A stretch of DNA of 47,978 bases from Deltaproteobacteria bacterium (GTDB lineage Bacteria > Desulfobacterota > Desulfarculia > Adiutricales > JAFDHD01): NCBI GenBank assembly GCA_019306365.1, contig JAFDLS010000002.1, positions 1 through 47,978 of the forward strand, in the 5' to 3' direction. Shown in pieces: positions 15,522-25,154 of the stretch. Numbering within the stretch: position 1 is the stretch's first letter; each line of letters begins with the position of its first letter. A program made the position numbers and the translations under genes. The notes below the pieces were generated by a model. The model saw only the letters and a list, made by a program, of their open reading frames with translations. It ran no database searches and had not been told where the DNA came from.

Positions 15522-18500
15522 TCAGGCGATCAAAGCCCGTGTTTTTGCTAGTAACTGCTCATCCGTGAAATGCTGGAGGCTGATTGCCTTACCAGGACAT
15601 TCTGAGACACAAGCGCCGCAGCCCTGACAGATGGCAGGCTCAATAACAGCATGACCTTCTTCGCCAATACGGGGCACACCAAAAGGACAGGTTCGTACAC
15701 AGGTTAAACAAACAGCGCATTTGTCCGGATCGACCACCGCCACAATACCGCCAACACTTATGGATTCCTTGGCTAGAATAGTTACAGTCCTGGCGGCTGC
15801 GGCTCTGGCCTGAGCAATGGATTCTTCTATGGGTTTGGGATAATGAGCCAGACCGGCCAGGAACATGCCTTCATTCGCAAAATCAACCGGTCTGAGTTTC
15901 ATGTGGGCTTCCAGGAAGAAACCTTCGGCATTCAGCGAAACCTTATAAGCCTCTGAGATCACTTCCCCTTCATTAGGCAGGATAGCTGCGGCCAGGCACA
16001 CGATATCACAATTGATTTCGAGAGGCAGACCTAAAATAGGATCAGTCACCGTCAGTTTTAGCTCTTCCGGACTGGCCGCCTCGACCTTGGGTTTGTCGTC
16101 AACGTCATACCTGATGAAGAGAACCCCAAGCTCCCGGGCCTTTTTATAGAGCGATTCCCTGAACCCATAGGTTCTGACGTCACGGTAAATTATGTACACT
16201 GTGGTTTCAGGATTCGCCTCTTTGATCTTAATAGCGCTCTCCACCGAATGGGTGCAGCAGATCTTGGAACAGTATGGACGGTCCGGTTCCCTGGATCCGA
16301 CACACTGGATAAAGGCCACGCTTTTGGCCTGCTCAAGTGTCTTGGATTTCTCAACCATAAGCGCGTCAAGTTCCAGCGATGTTAATACCCGGTCATGCTG
16401 GCCATAAAGGTATTCGTCGGGTTTTAGAGCTTTGCCGCCAGAAGCCACAACAACGGCCCCATGGGGGGTGCTAATTGTCCCCTCGGGGGTTTTAATCTCA
16501 GAGACAAAATTACCCAGGAATCCGTCGCATTTAGTTATTTCGGAATTATAATGGATGGTAACCAGCTTGGAGGCCTCAACCTTTTTAATCAGATCCTGCG
16601 TAAATGATTTAATATCCTCTCCACGCCAGGTCTTATTGAGATTGAGCGCGTTCCCGCCCAGATGATCGCTTTTTTCTACGAGATGGATTGGAAAGCCTTG
16701 TTCGGCAATGGAAAGAGCGGCGGTCATCCCGGCCACGCCCCCGCCAATGACGATGGCTTCCTTGGTCAGACCCATCTGAGTTTGGTGCAGGGGTTCGAGC
16801 AAAGCCACCTTGGCCACCGCGCCCCGGACCAGATCCTTGGCTTTGTCGGTCGCTTTTTCAGGTTGATCGCGGTGCACCCAGGAGTTGTGATCCCTGATGT
16901 TGGCCATTTCAAAGAGGTATTTGTTCAAACCGGCTTTGGCCAGAGTTTCCCTGAACATGGGCTCATGAGTCCTGGGTGAGCAGGAAGCCACAACGACACG
17001 GTTCAGATTATGTTCGGTGATGGCTTCTTGAATCTTACCCTGGGTGTCCTGGGAGCAGGTAAAGAGGTTGTGATCAGCGAGTTCGACAAACGGGAGCGTA
17101 CTCGCGTATTCCGCTACGGCCGGTACGTCAACAACCCCACCGATATTGATGCCGCAATGGCAGATGAAAACACCGATACGAGGTGCCTGATCGGCTACTT
17201 CCTGCTCAGGCGGATACTCGATGGTTTTGGTTTGAGTGAAACGAACCTCACTCAATTCGGATGAGGCTGCGCTGGCCGCGGCTGAGGCCTCCATAACCGA
17301 GATAGGAATGTCTTTGGGCTCATTAATAGCGCCGCAGACATATATTCCCGGTTGAGAAGTCTTAACCGGCTCAAACGTGGATGTAGAGACAAAACCGTCT
17401 TCCGTTAAATCCACCCCAAGGCGTTCGGCCAATTCTGTGAATTCGGCTGAAGGCTCTAAACCAACTGAAAGAGTAACCATGTCGTACTCTTCCACCTTGA
17501 CTTGACCGGTTTCGTCGGCGTAACGAATTATCAAGTTTTCGTCAGATGTCCGGTCAATGGTGTGGATTCGGCAGCGGACAAATTTGATGCCGAGTTCCTT
17601 GGCCCTCTCATAGTATTTTTCAAAATCCTTCCCATAGGTTCTCATGTCCATGAAAAAGATAGTGGTATCCAGTTCCTCGGCCGAATGCTCCTTGGCAATG
17701 ATCGCTTCCTTGATGGCATACATACAGCAGACAGCAGAGCAGTAGGGCCGGTCACAATTGTTTATATCCCTCGAACCTACGCATTGAAGCCATGCGATTT
17801 TTTTCGGCTCCTTGTGATCAGAGGGCCTGATCAAATGTCCCTGATAAGGTCCTGAGGCGGATAATACCCTTTCAAATTCCATGGCTGAAAGGACGTTCGG
17901 GCTTTCCGAATATTGATAGTTTTGAAAACGGGTTGGGTCAAAGGCGTCAAATCCGGCGGCGAGAACCACAGAACCGACCTCGAGGTCAACGATTTCGTCC
18001 TGCATCTTATGTGTTTCAAGCGTTACTGCTCCAGCTTCGCAGGCCGCCACACATCTGTGACATTCACAGCAAAGGCCACAGGCCAGGCACTTTGAAGCTT
18101 CAAGCTCACCCAACTCGGGATCAAAGCCAAGTTCGATCTCATCAAAGGTCGTCTTGCGCTGTTCGAGCGGAATCTTTGGCATTTCAAGGCGAGCTCTTTT
18201 CTTTTCATTAGCGGGCATGTCTCGCCAGTTTTTATTATCAAGGCTTCGATCGATAGGCTCGCGACCGGCAGTTAAATCCTCTCCTTTTAGATAACGGTCA
18301 ATAGATATGGCCGCCTCTTTTCCTCCGGCAACGGCTTCAATAGCGGAACGAGGACCGGTTTGCATATCGCCAGCGGCAAAAACACCGTCTCGGCCGGTGG
18401 CCAGACTTATGGAGTCAACCTCTATGTTGCCTCCCCGCGTGAATGTCAATCCATCGACATTGCTCAACGGATCTATAAGCGGCGCCTGACCGATAGCTAC

Positions 18501-19961
18501 AATAACCGTATCAGCCTCGATAGTTTCGATTTTTGATTCGTCATATTCTGGAGAGAAACGGCCTTCAGCGTCAAAAACCTGTGTCACAGCCTTGAGTTCA
18601 AGTCCAGTCACCCGGCCATTTTCGACCATGAAACGCCGGGGGCCCCAGGAGTGGAGAAAGGTGACTCCCTCTTCTTTGGCCTCTTCGATCTCCCATTCCC
18701 AGGCCGGCATCTCATCAGCCGACTCCAGGGAGATCATGGTGATCTCTTTGCTGCTCAGACGCAAAGCGCTTCGAGCCACGTCAACGGCCACGTTTCCGCC
18801 GCCGATAACCAGTACCTTCTTGCCGAGTGACGGAGCCTCGCCAAGATTCACGTCCTTGAGAAAAGACATGGCCGGGATGATGCCTTCGGCGTCTTCACCT
18901 TCCACGTTTAGCGTCCTGCTGCCATGAGCGCCCATGGCCAGGAAGATGGCCTTGTAACCCTGCCCCTCCAGGTCTTCGATAGTCAAATCAGGTCCCAGCG
19001 GCGTGTTGTATTTGATTTCAACACCCAGACGCGTGATGGCCTCAACCTCTTTGTTTATAACTTCGACTGGAAGTCTGTAATCGGGGATTCCCAAACGAAG
19101 CATGCCGCCCGGGACTGAATTAGCCTCAAAAATAGTTGGTTTGTAACCCTTTTTAGCCAGATGATAGGCGGCGGCCAGTCCACCCGGACCTGCCCCGATA
19201 ATGCCTACCTTTTCAGCCTTTTCGTCCTCGCACGGGACCTCAATCTCCAGAATGTCCGCCTGGTCAGCGGCCAGGCGCTTGAGATCCCGGATACTGACGG
19301 GCTCGTCGATCTCAGCCCGCCGGCACGCCTGCTCGCAGGGATGGAAACAGATGCGCCCTAAGACTCCCGGCAGAGGCAGTACCTCCATAATGACTTCCAT
19401 GGCTTCTTTGTATCGACCCTCTTTCACCAGGGAGACATATCCGTGGGCATTGACGTTCGCGGGACAGGTTATGGTGCATGGTGAGGTGTCAAATTTTTGA
19501 ATGGCGTAAGCGGTTGGATAGGCCTGCGCATAAGGCTTATAGACCGGATGATTCTCATCAAGGCCCATATTGAATAGATTGGGCATATCAATGGGACAGG
19601 CATTGGCGCATTCTCCGCAACCGGTGCATTTATCCAGGTCAACAAATCGGGCCTTTTTCAAAATCTTGGCCTTCATGTTTCCTGGCTTGCCTTTCAGATC
19701 AAGCAGTTCGGAACAGGTGTGAATTTCAACGTTAATGTGTCCGCCGACTTCATTGAGTTTTGGCGATATGATACACATGGAACAGTCGTTGGTTGGAAAG
19801 GTTTTATCCAGTTGGGCCATACGTCCGCCGATGGCAGGCGTTTTTTCAACCAGGTGAACGTAGTACCCCATCTCAGCCAGGTCCAGTGAAGCCTGCACTC
19901 CAGCAATACCAGCCCCTACGACCATCACTGATCCTATTTTCTTATTACTTGCATCTGACAT
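15522..19961 (-). CDS. Giant HdrA-like flavoprotein: HdrA module interrupted by a GltD/NfnB-like NAD(P)H-binding domain, followed by a second HdrA-like module and a C-terminal 2x[4Fe-4S] domain
   Basis: 1479 aa. N-terminal VVGAGIAGVQASLDLAEMG...FPTNDCSMCI (HdrA). About residues 160-560 carry CPANVNAHGY...GRICFHPCEQAC...IIGAGPGGLAAA...GIPDYRLP (GltD-like). HdrA motifs reappear (CVGSRD...YCSAVCCMY, and again IGGGVAGMTAA...CVGSRE...YCSKICC). Confidence 0.85.
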   Translation of the reverse strand: MSDASNKKIGSVMVVGAGIAGVQASLDLAEMGYYVHLVEKTPAIGGRMAQLDKTFPTNDCSMCIISPKLNEVGGHINVEIHTCSELLDLKGKPGNMKAKILKKARFVDLDKCTGCGECANACPIDMPNLFNMGLDENHPVYKPYAQAYPTAYAIQKFDTSPCTITCPANVNAHGYVSLVKEGRYKEAMEVIMEVLPLPGVLGRICFHPCEQACRRAEIDEPVSIRDLKRLAADQADILEIEVPCEDEKAEKVGIIGAGPGGLAAAYHLAKKGYKPTIFEANSVPGGMLRLGIPDYRLPVEVINKEVEAITRLGVEIKYNTPLGPDLTIEDLEGQGYKAIFLAMGAHGSRTLNVEGEDAEGIIPAMSFLKDVNLGEAPSLGKKVLVIGGGNVAVDVARSALRLSSKEITMISLESADEMPAWEWEIEEAKEEGVTFLHSWGPRRFMVENGRVTGLELKAVTQVFDAEGRFSPEYDESKIETIEADTVIVAIGQAPLIDPLSNVDGLTFTRGGNIEVDSISLATGRDGVFAAGDMQTGPRSAIEAVAGGKEAAISIDRYLKGEDLTAGREPIDRSLDNKNWRDMPANEKKRARLEMPKIPLEQRKTTFDEIELGFDPELGELEASKCLACGLCCECHRCVAACEAGAVTLETHKMQDEIVDLEVGSVVLAAGFDAFDPTRFQNYQYSESPNVLSAMEFERVLSASGPYQGHLIRPSDHKEPKKIAWLQCVGSRDINNCDRPYCSAVCCMYAIKEAIIAKEHSAEELDTTIFFMDMRTYGKDFEKYYERAKELGIKFVRCRIHTIDRTSDENLIIRYADETGQVKVEEYDMVTLSVGLEPSAEFTELAERLGVDLTEDGFVSTSTFEPVKTSQPGIYVCGAINEPKDIPISVMEASAAASAASSELSEVRFTQTKTIEYPPEQEVADQAPRIGVFICHCGINIGGVVDVPAVAEYASTLPFVELADHNLFTCSQDTQGKIQEAITEHNLNRVVVASCSPRTHEPMFRETLAKAGLNKYLFEMANIRDHNSWVHRDQPEKATDKAKDLVRGAVAKVALLEPLHQTQMGLTKEAIVIGGGVAGMTAALSIAEQGFPIHLVEKSDHLGGNALNLNKTWRGEDIKSFTQDLIKKVEASKLVTIHYNSEITKCDGFLGNFVSEIKTPEGTISTPHGAVVVASGGKALKPDEYLYGQHDRVLTSLELDALMVEKSKTLEQAKSVAFIQCVGSREPDRPYCSKICCTHSVESAIKIKEANPETTVYIIYRDVRTYGFRESLYKKARELGVLFIRYDVDDKPKVEAASPEELKLTVTDPILGLPLEINCDIVCLAAAILPNEGEVISEAYKVSLNAEGFFLEAHMKLRPVDFANEGMFLAGLAHYPKPIEESIAQARAAAARTVTILAKESISVGGIVAVVDPDKCAVCLTCVRTCPFGVPRIGEEGHAVIEPAICQGCGACVSECPGKAISLQHFTDEQLLAKTRALIA

Positions 19962-20008
19962 ATGTCCTGACCTTTATATTTAGGTTTTTTATGTAAAAAA
20001 ACTTTTCT

Positions 20009-20037
20009 TTTATATCGGATATCATGTCTCCTGTCAA
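20009..20037 (-). promoter_or_regulatory. Sigma70-type promoter for the hdrA-fusion/mvhD/metVF operon
   Basis: On the minus strand TTGACA, a 17-nt spacer, then TATAAA. It lies about 45 nt upstream of the ATG. Confidence 0.55.
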
Positions 20038-20101
20038 AGGTTTAGAGTGTACGGATCTCAGGTTTTTTAACCAGGAGCGCTTAAATAATTTTTATTTTAT
20101 C

Positions 20102-20141
20102 GAAAAAATGCCGGAGGGCTTCCCCTTGGAGTCCCTCCGGC
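20102..20141 (-). terminator. Rho-independent terminator of fhs
   Basis: 9-bp GC-rich stem GCCGGAGGG / CCCTCCGGC followed by ATTTTTTCG on the minus strand. Confidence 0.8.
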
Positions 20142-20178
20142 ATTGGTGTAATCACATTGTTTCGGTCTTGTTTATGGG

Positions 20179-21945
20179 CTAAAATAGGCCTTTAACTTTT
20201 CCAGTCTCAATATCGACATCAACTCGTTTATAGGCCGGGTCTGAGGCAGTACCAGGCATCAGGCTGATAGCTCCGGCTACCGGCACAACAAAACCAGCTC
20301 CACCATATATAAGGATATCACGAATATTGAGTTTCCAGTCCTTGGGTACGCCCTTGAGCATTGGATTGTCCGTTAATGAGAGGTGCGTTTTCACCATACA
20401 GGTTCCAAGCTTGGCAATCTCAGGATCCTTTTCCATCCTCTCCGCTTTCTGGAGGGCTTCCGGCGAGTATTCCACACCGTCGGCGCCGTAGACTTCCACT
20501 GCGATTTTTTCAATGCGCTGACGTAAAGGCATTTCGAGATCGTAAAGTAGCTTGAATTCGTTTTCTTCCTCGCAAGCTTCAACGACCGCGTCGGCAAACT
20601 CAAGCGCTCCGTCACCGCCTTTAAGCCAATGTTCGGACAAGGCCACTCTGGCGCCGGCTTCTTCTGAAAGGCGGCGGATAGCGGCGATCTCGTCCTTGGT
20701 GTCGGTGTAGAAAGAGTTGATGCAAACAACCGGGTTGATACCGGCTTTACGAACCGTCTTGATGTGATGAATCAGGTTTGCGCAGCCCTGTTCAACCCAT
20801 CCGACGTTTTCACTGTTATATTCTTCCGGCATTGGTCTGCCCGGAATGGGAATGGGAGCGCCGCCATGACATTTGAGGGCGCGAATGGTGGCTACAATAA
20901 CCGCGCAGTGAGGTTTGAGACCTGAGAAACGGCACTTCAAGTTCCAGAACTTCTCAAATCCAATATCCGCTCCGAAACCAGACTCGGTGAGGTGGTAGTC
21001 GGCCAGCTTCAAGGCGACCCGGTCAGCGATAATGGAACTTTGTCCAATAGCTATATTAGCGAACGGTCCGGCATGAACAAAAACCGGCTGGCCTTCCAGA
21101 CTCTGAAGCAGGTTTGGATTAAGGGCTTCGGTCATCCAGGCGGTCATCGCGCCGGCCACCTGAAGATCTTCAGTCGTGACGGGTTTGCCGCTCTTGTCAT
21201 AGGCAACCACAATCCGTCCCATGCGTTCGCGCATGTCCTTGAGATCTTTGGCCACGGCCAGGATAGCCATAACTTCTGAACTCACGGCGATGCCGAATTT
21301 GGAAGGCATCATGAAACCATCCATCTTGCCGCCGATACCAATTATAATATTACGCAGAGCCTGGGCGCAAAAATCAATAATCCAACCCATCTCCATGTTG
21401 TTTGGGTCAATATTGAGCCTCGGGCCCATATTTCGCCTCTCCATGGTCGCGTCATCGTAGTTGAACTCATGCTGGATGCGGGAGGTTGCGGCGACCATAG
21501 CCAGGTTGTGAGCGTTCATAATGGCGTTTATGTCACCCGTGAGTCCCAATGAGAAGGGGGTGAGAGGTATACATTGAGCCAGGCCGCCACCAGCGGCTGA
21601 ACCTTTGATGTTCATGGTCGGGCCGCCGGAAGGCTGGCGGATAGCCGCTATAACGTCCTTGCCGCGTTTGCCCATACCCTGAACCAGACCCATGGTCGAA
21701 GTGGACTTACCTTCGCCCAAAGGGGTTGGGGTAATGGCTGTCACGTCAATGTACTTTCCATCGGGTTTGTCTTTCAGCCTTTCCAGAATCTTGGCGAAAT
21801 CGACTTTAGCCACATAATGGCCGTGAGGGAGCAACTCCTCTTTTTCAAGTTCCATCTCCTCTCCAAGCTGGTACACGGTTTTCATTGTTTCTTCAGCAGC
21901 TTCTGCTATCTGCCAGTCTGCCATTTTGGTGGGATCAAGAGCCAT
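20179..21945 (-). CDS. fhs: Formate--tetrahydrofolate ligase
   Basis: 588 aa with ...[16 protein letters not shown]... (P-loop) and overall FTHFS layout. AAGGAGGAG RBS. Confidence 0.95.
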   Translation of the reverse strand: MALDPTKMADWQIAEAAEETMKTVYQLGEEMELEKEELLPHGHYVAKVDFAKILERLKDKPDGKYIDVTAITPTPLGEGKSTSTMGLVQGMGKRGKDVIAAIRQPSGGPTMNIKGSAAGGGLAQCIPLTPFSLGLTGDINAIMNAHNLAMVAATSRIQHEFNYDDATMERRNMGPRLNIDPNNMEMGWIIDFCAQALRNIIIGIGGKMDGFMMPSKFGIAVSSEVMAILAVAKDLKDMRERMGRIVVAYDKSGKPVTTEDLQVAGAMTAWMTEALNPNLLQSLEGQPVFVHAGPFANIAIGQSSIIADRVALKLADYHLTESGFGADIGFEKFWNLKCRFSGLKPHCAVIVATIRALKCHGGAPIPIPGRPMPEEYNSENVGWVEQGCANLIHHIKTVRKAGINPVVCINSFYTDTKDEIAAIRRLSEEAGARVALSEHWLKGGDGALEFADAVVEACEEENEFKLLYDLEMPLRQRIEKIAVEVYGADGVEYSPEALQKAERMEKDPEIAKLGTCMVKTHLSLTDNPMLKGVPKDWKLNIRDILIYGGAGFVVPVAGAISLMPGTASDPAYKRVDVDIETGKVKGLF

Positions 21946-22078
21946 TCCATCTCCTCCTTAAATTTTATCTTTGGTTCGGTTTATGCCCCTAAGACAGTCC
22001 GGTGACGACTTGGATTACGATGCCTTTTCAGGGGGCGGAAATTCCCTATGTGATGGTGTTTGCCTGAGCTGAGTGGCT

Positions 22079-22128
22079 TTGTGAATTTTGGTGTTCGCCA
22101 AGACCCTCAGGGCGCCAACACTTGTGAA
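22079..22128 (-). promoter_or_regulatory. Two direct TTGTGAA boxes flanking a hairpin in the fhs promoter/leader (candidate operator)
   Basis: TTGTGAA at 22079-22085 and 22122-22128 (+ strand spelling). Between them is the hairpin GTGTTCGCC...GGCGCCAACAC (22091-22121). The second box overlaps the predicted transcription start. Confidence 0.35.
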
Positions 22129-22133
22129 ATTCG

Positions 22134-22163
22134 TCATTACCATATACAAGGTTAAGCAGTCAA
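22134..22163 (-). promoter_or_regulatory. Candidate sigma70 promoter of fhs (extended -10)
   Basis: On the minus strand TTGACT, an 18-nt spacer, then TGgTAATGA. This implies a leader of about 180 nt. Confidence 0.4.
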
Positions 22164-22236
22164 GCTATTTAGACGCTCCTAAAGATAACTTTTTAAAAAA
22201 TGATAAGCTGAATTAACCTAAAAAGAATGGTGTGTT

Positions 22237-22409
22237 GAGACCTCTTCAAATCATCGTCCTTTAGCTGACTTCTTGAGCGCCGCCTCGCTGACATTGCAGC
22301 GGCATATGTCAGTCTCAAATTTAAGTTCTCGAAATATTTAACATATTTCTGCGGGTTAAATTTTCTTTCTCCGCGATTTTAACATAATTACTGGTTTTGC
22401 AGAGGCCTC
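22237..22409 (+). repeat. Family-2 MITE-like repeat, copy C (one internal hairpin module)
   Basis: GAGACCTCTTCAAATC ... GGTTTTGCAGAGGCCTC. The core ATATTTCTGCGGGTTAAATTTTCTTTCTCCGCGATTT is identical to copy A. Confidence 0.9.
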
Positions 22410-22565
22410 ATGTTAGAAATAAATTCCACGGCAGCCAGAAGCCGCCTTGCCCCGTTTAATGGATTTAGGGGGATGTCTTTTGATTTTTCGGGATTCAAGG
22501 GAAAGAAAAGCGTAATTTTTAAAGGTTGTGATATTAACAGCTCTTTTAAATAGTCAAACGTCAAA

Positions 22566-22636
22566 TCTGATGCTATCATCAGAAGTGAATGAACCGGGTG
22601 GCGGTCTCCTGGTAATTCACTTTGTTTCTATTTTTA
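22566..22636 (+). terminator. Two consecutive hairpins plus a U-rich tail upstream of nfnA (orphan terminator, attenuator or sRNA 3' end)
   Basis: TCTGATG-CTAT-CATCAGA, then AAGTGAAT..ACCGGG...CCTGGT..ATTCACTT, followed by TGTTTCTATTTTTAC. It ends about 205 nt upstream of the nfnA ATG. Confidence 0.4.
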
Positions 22637-22843
22637 CTAATTATTGCAGGCGTTTTTCGGTATTTATCATTTTTCAACCTGTTAAAAACCTGGCGCTTGC
22701 TTGTGCGAGGCATTCAACAAAATCCTCAAGGTGGTATTTCCCTTTGACTCCATCATTTTTTTCTGCTATTGAACCAATTCTTATATGAATTTGTTTGACT
22801 GGGTCGAAGTGAGGATCGGTTTCGACCAAAGTGGGAGGTTAGA

Positions 22844-23695
22844 ATGTTCAAAATTCTGGAAAGAGAAGAGATGGCCCAGGGTACCGTTATTAAAAATGTT
22901 ATTGAGGCGCCCAAAGTTGCGGCTAGAGCCAAACCAGGCCAGTTTGTTATTATCAAGGCAAATGAAACCGGTGAGCGTATTCCGCTGACCATGGCTGATA
23001 CTGACCCGAAAAAAGGGACCATCACCATTATCTACCAAGTAGTCGGTAAATCGACTGCCCTGTTTAAAAGCCTGCAGGTTGGTGAAGGCTATCAAGACCT
23101 GTTGGGCCCTTTGGGCCAACCGACTCATATTGAGAAACATGATGGCCTGGTCATTTGTGTCGGTGGCGGGACCGGGACGGCAGTGGTTCATCCCATAACC
23201 AAGGGTTTCAAGGAAGAAGGTAATGAGGTCGTGGCCATTATCGGATCGCGTAACAAAGACCTCCTCATCCTTGAAGACGAGATGACAGCAGCCTCCACTG
23301 AGATTAAAGTCTGTACCGATGATGGATCATACGGCCATCACGGCTTTGTGACAGACGTACTCAAGACGTATCTGGAAGGCGACAGAAAGGTTAGTCTGGT
23401 CGTGGCCGCTGGTCCAGTCCCAATGATGAAGTTCGTTTCCAAGATGACCGAGGAATTTGGCGTGAAGACTCTGGTCAGTCTCAATTCCATTATGATTGAC
23501 GGCACGGGCATGTGCGGCGGTTGTCGTGTTTCCGTCGGCGGCAAGACTCGTTTTACCTGTGTCGAAGGCCCGGAGTTCGACGGACATCAAGTCGACTTCG
23601 ATGAATTGACGCAGCGTTTGTCCGCCTACCAGCAGATGGAAAAAGAGGCGATGGAAAAATTTGATCACGATTGTAAAATCGGTCTGAACAAATGA
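22844..23695 (+). CDS. nfnA: NfnA-type FAD/[2Fe-2S] subunit (PyrK/sulfide-dehydrogenase-like) of NADH-dependent ferredoxin:NADP oxidoreductase
   Basis: 283 aa with GQFVIIKANETGERIPLTMAD ... CVGGGTG ... C-terminal GMCGGCRV...FTCVEGPEF. GGGAGG RBS. Confidence 0.85.
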   Translation: MFKILEREEMAQGTVIKNVIEAPKVAARAKPGQFVIIKANETGERIPLTMADTDPKKGTITIIYQVVGKSTALFKSLQVGEGYQDLLGPLGQPTHIEKHDGLVICVGGGTGTAVVHPITKGFKEEGNEVVAIIGSRNKDLLILEDEMTAASTEIKVCTDDGSYGHHGFVTDVLKTYLEGDRKVSLVVAAGPVPMMKFVSKMTEEFGVKTLVSLNSIMIDGTGMCGGCRVSVGGKTRFTCVEGPEFDGHQVDFDELTQRLSAYQQMEKEAMEKFDHDCKIGLNK

Positions 23696-23726
23696 TGATG
23701 TTCATCTAGAAGCGGAGAAAATAAAT

Positions 23727-25127
23727 ATGGCAGAGAAGAAAGAGAAGACGCCCCGGCAAGCGATGCCGGAACAGGACCCGCAGGTTAGGCGCAATAATTT
23801 TGATGAGGTTCCTCTGGGATACTCACCTGAGACGGCCCAGCTTGAAGCCAGCCGGTGCCTTCAATGTAAAAAACCATCCTGTGTGAGTGGTTGTCCGGTT
23901 GAGATCGATATACCCGGTTTTATCGGTTTAATCAAGGAAGGTGATTATAGCGGCTCGATAGCTAAACTCAAGGAAATGACAGCCCTTCCAGCTGTTTGCG
24001 GACGGGTCTGTCCTCAGGAAGTTCAATGTGAAACCCTATGTGTTTTGGGTAAAAAAGGTGAACCGGTGGCTATTGGCCGGCTGGAGAGGTTTGCCGCTGA
24101 CATGGCTCGTGAAAAGGGTGATCAGACACTGCCCGCGGCCGCTCCCAAAACCGGAAAGAAGGTGGCGGTGGTCGGCTCTGGTCCGGCTGGGGTTACAGTG
24201 GCCGGCGACCTGATTCTTAAGGGTCATGACGTGACCATTTTTGAGGCCTTTCATAAGGCTGGCGGTGTGCTCGTTTATGGTATACCTGAATTCAGGCTGC
24301 CAAAAGCTATTGTTCAGGATGAGATGGACGGTTTAGCCAAGCTAGGCGTTGTATTTGAACTCAATCAGGTTGTTGGCCGCACCGTTAGCGTAGACGAGCT
24401 TTTGGAAGAATACGACGCGGTTTTCATTTCGGTCGGAGCGGGGCTGCCTAGCTTTCTGGGTATCCCGGGTGAGAATCTTATTGGTATCTATTCGGCCAAT
24501 GAATATTTGACTCGTTCCAACTTAATGAAGGCCTACCTCTTCCCGGAGTATGACACGCCCATCGTCCGGGGTAAAAATGTCTGTGTGCTGGGCGCTGGTA
24601 ACGTGGCCATGGACTCAGCCCGAACGGCCCTCAGATTGGGCGCGGATAGGGTTAGGATCGTTTATCGCCGTTCACGAGAGGAAATGCCTGCCCGGGCTGA
24701 AGAGATCCATCATGGTGAGGAAGAGGGCGTAGAGTTCTATCTACTGACGAATCCTGTTACATTCATTGGTGATGAAAATGGCCGGGTCAAGTCCATGGAG
24801 TGCCTTAAGATGGAATTGGGTGAGCCTGATGACTCCGGTCGCCGGCGTCCTATCCCCATTGAAGGGTCAAACTTTGAGCTGGAAACTGATTTGGTGGTTA
24901 TTGCGGTGGGGGCTGGCGCCAACCCGCTGATCACGTCCACAACCCCTGGCCTGGAGGTCAACAAATGGGGTTACATCTTAGCCGAAGAAGAGACAGGCAA
25001 GACCAGGAAACCAAGAGTGTGGGCCGGCGGCGATATCGTCACAGGCCAGGCTACGGTCATTTTAGCCATGGGCGCTGGAAGAATAGCGGCCAACTCCATG
25101 CATCAGTATCTTACCTGGGGCTGGTAG
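23727..25127 (+). CDS. nfnB: NfnB-type subunit (GltD-like NADPH-dependent oxidoreductase, 2x[4Fe-4S] + FAD)
   Basis: 466 aa with RCLQCKKPSCVSGCPVEIDIPGFI ... VCGRVCPQE ... VVGSGPAGVTVAG ... GIPEFRLP. Confidence 0.85.
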   Translation: MAEKKEKTPRQAMPEQDPQVRRNNFDEVPLGYSPETAQLEASRCLQCKKPSCVSGCPVEIDIPGFIGLIKEGDYSGSIAKLKEMTALPAVCGRVCPQEVQCETLCVLGKKGEPVAIGRLERFAADMAREKGDQTLPAAAPKTGKKVAVVGSGPAGVTVAGDLILKGHDVTIFEAFHKAGGVLVYGIPEFRLPKAIVQDEMDGLAKLGVVFELNQVVGRTVSVDELLEEYDAVFISVGAGLPSFLGIPGENLIGIYSANEYLTRSNLMKAYLFPEYDTPIVRGKNVCVLGAGNVAMDSARTALRLGADRVRIVYRRSREEMPARAEEIHHGEEEGVEFYLLTNPVTFIGDENGRVKSMECLKMELGEPDDSGRRRPIPIEGSNFELETDLVVIAVGAGANPLITSTTPGLEVNKWGYILAEEETGKTRKPRVWAGGDIVTGQATVILAMGAGRIAANSMHQYLTWGW

Positions 25128-25154
25128 TCACCGTTATTTAAAGTAAATAAGTAA

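Noticed and set aside
21946-22130. ZTP (pfl) or THF riboswitch upstream of fhs, and likewise upstream of the purH-like gene.
   Set aside because: I could not find the ZTP 3' hallmark (CCGCCUGGGC-like) or a convincing pseudoknot partner; only a loose UUGGCGAAC resemblance. The purH-like leader is under 100 nt. An Infernal scan is needed to be definitive.
22691-22706. TGGCGCTTGCTTGTGC upstream of nfnA as a sigma54 promoter.
   Set aside because: The GG-to-GC spacing is off by one and the -12 TTGC is not in register.
22388-22788. Small ORFs (63 aa on the - strand, 86 aa on the + strand) in the fhs/nfnA intergenic region.
   Set aside because: They run through a Family-2 repeat end and hairpin/terminator structures. 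They have no RBS and no domain signature, so they are probably non-coding.
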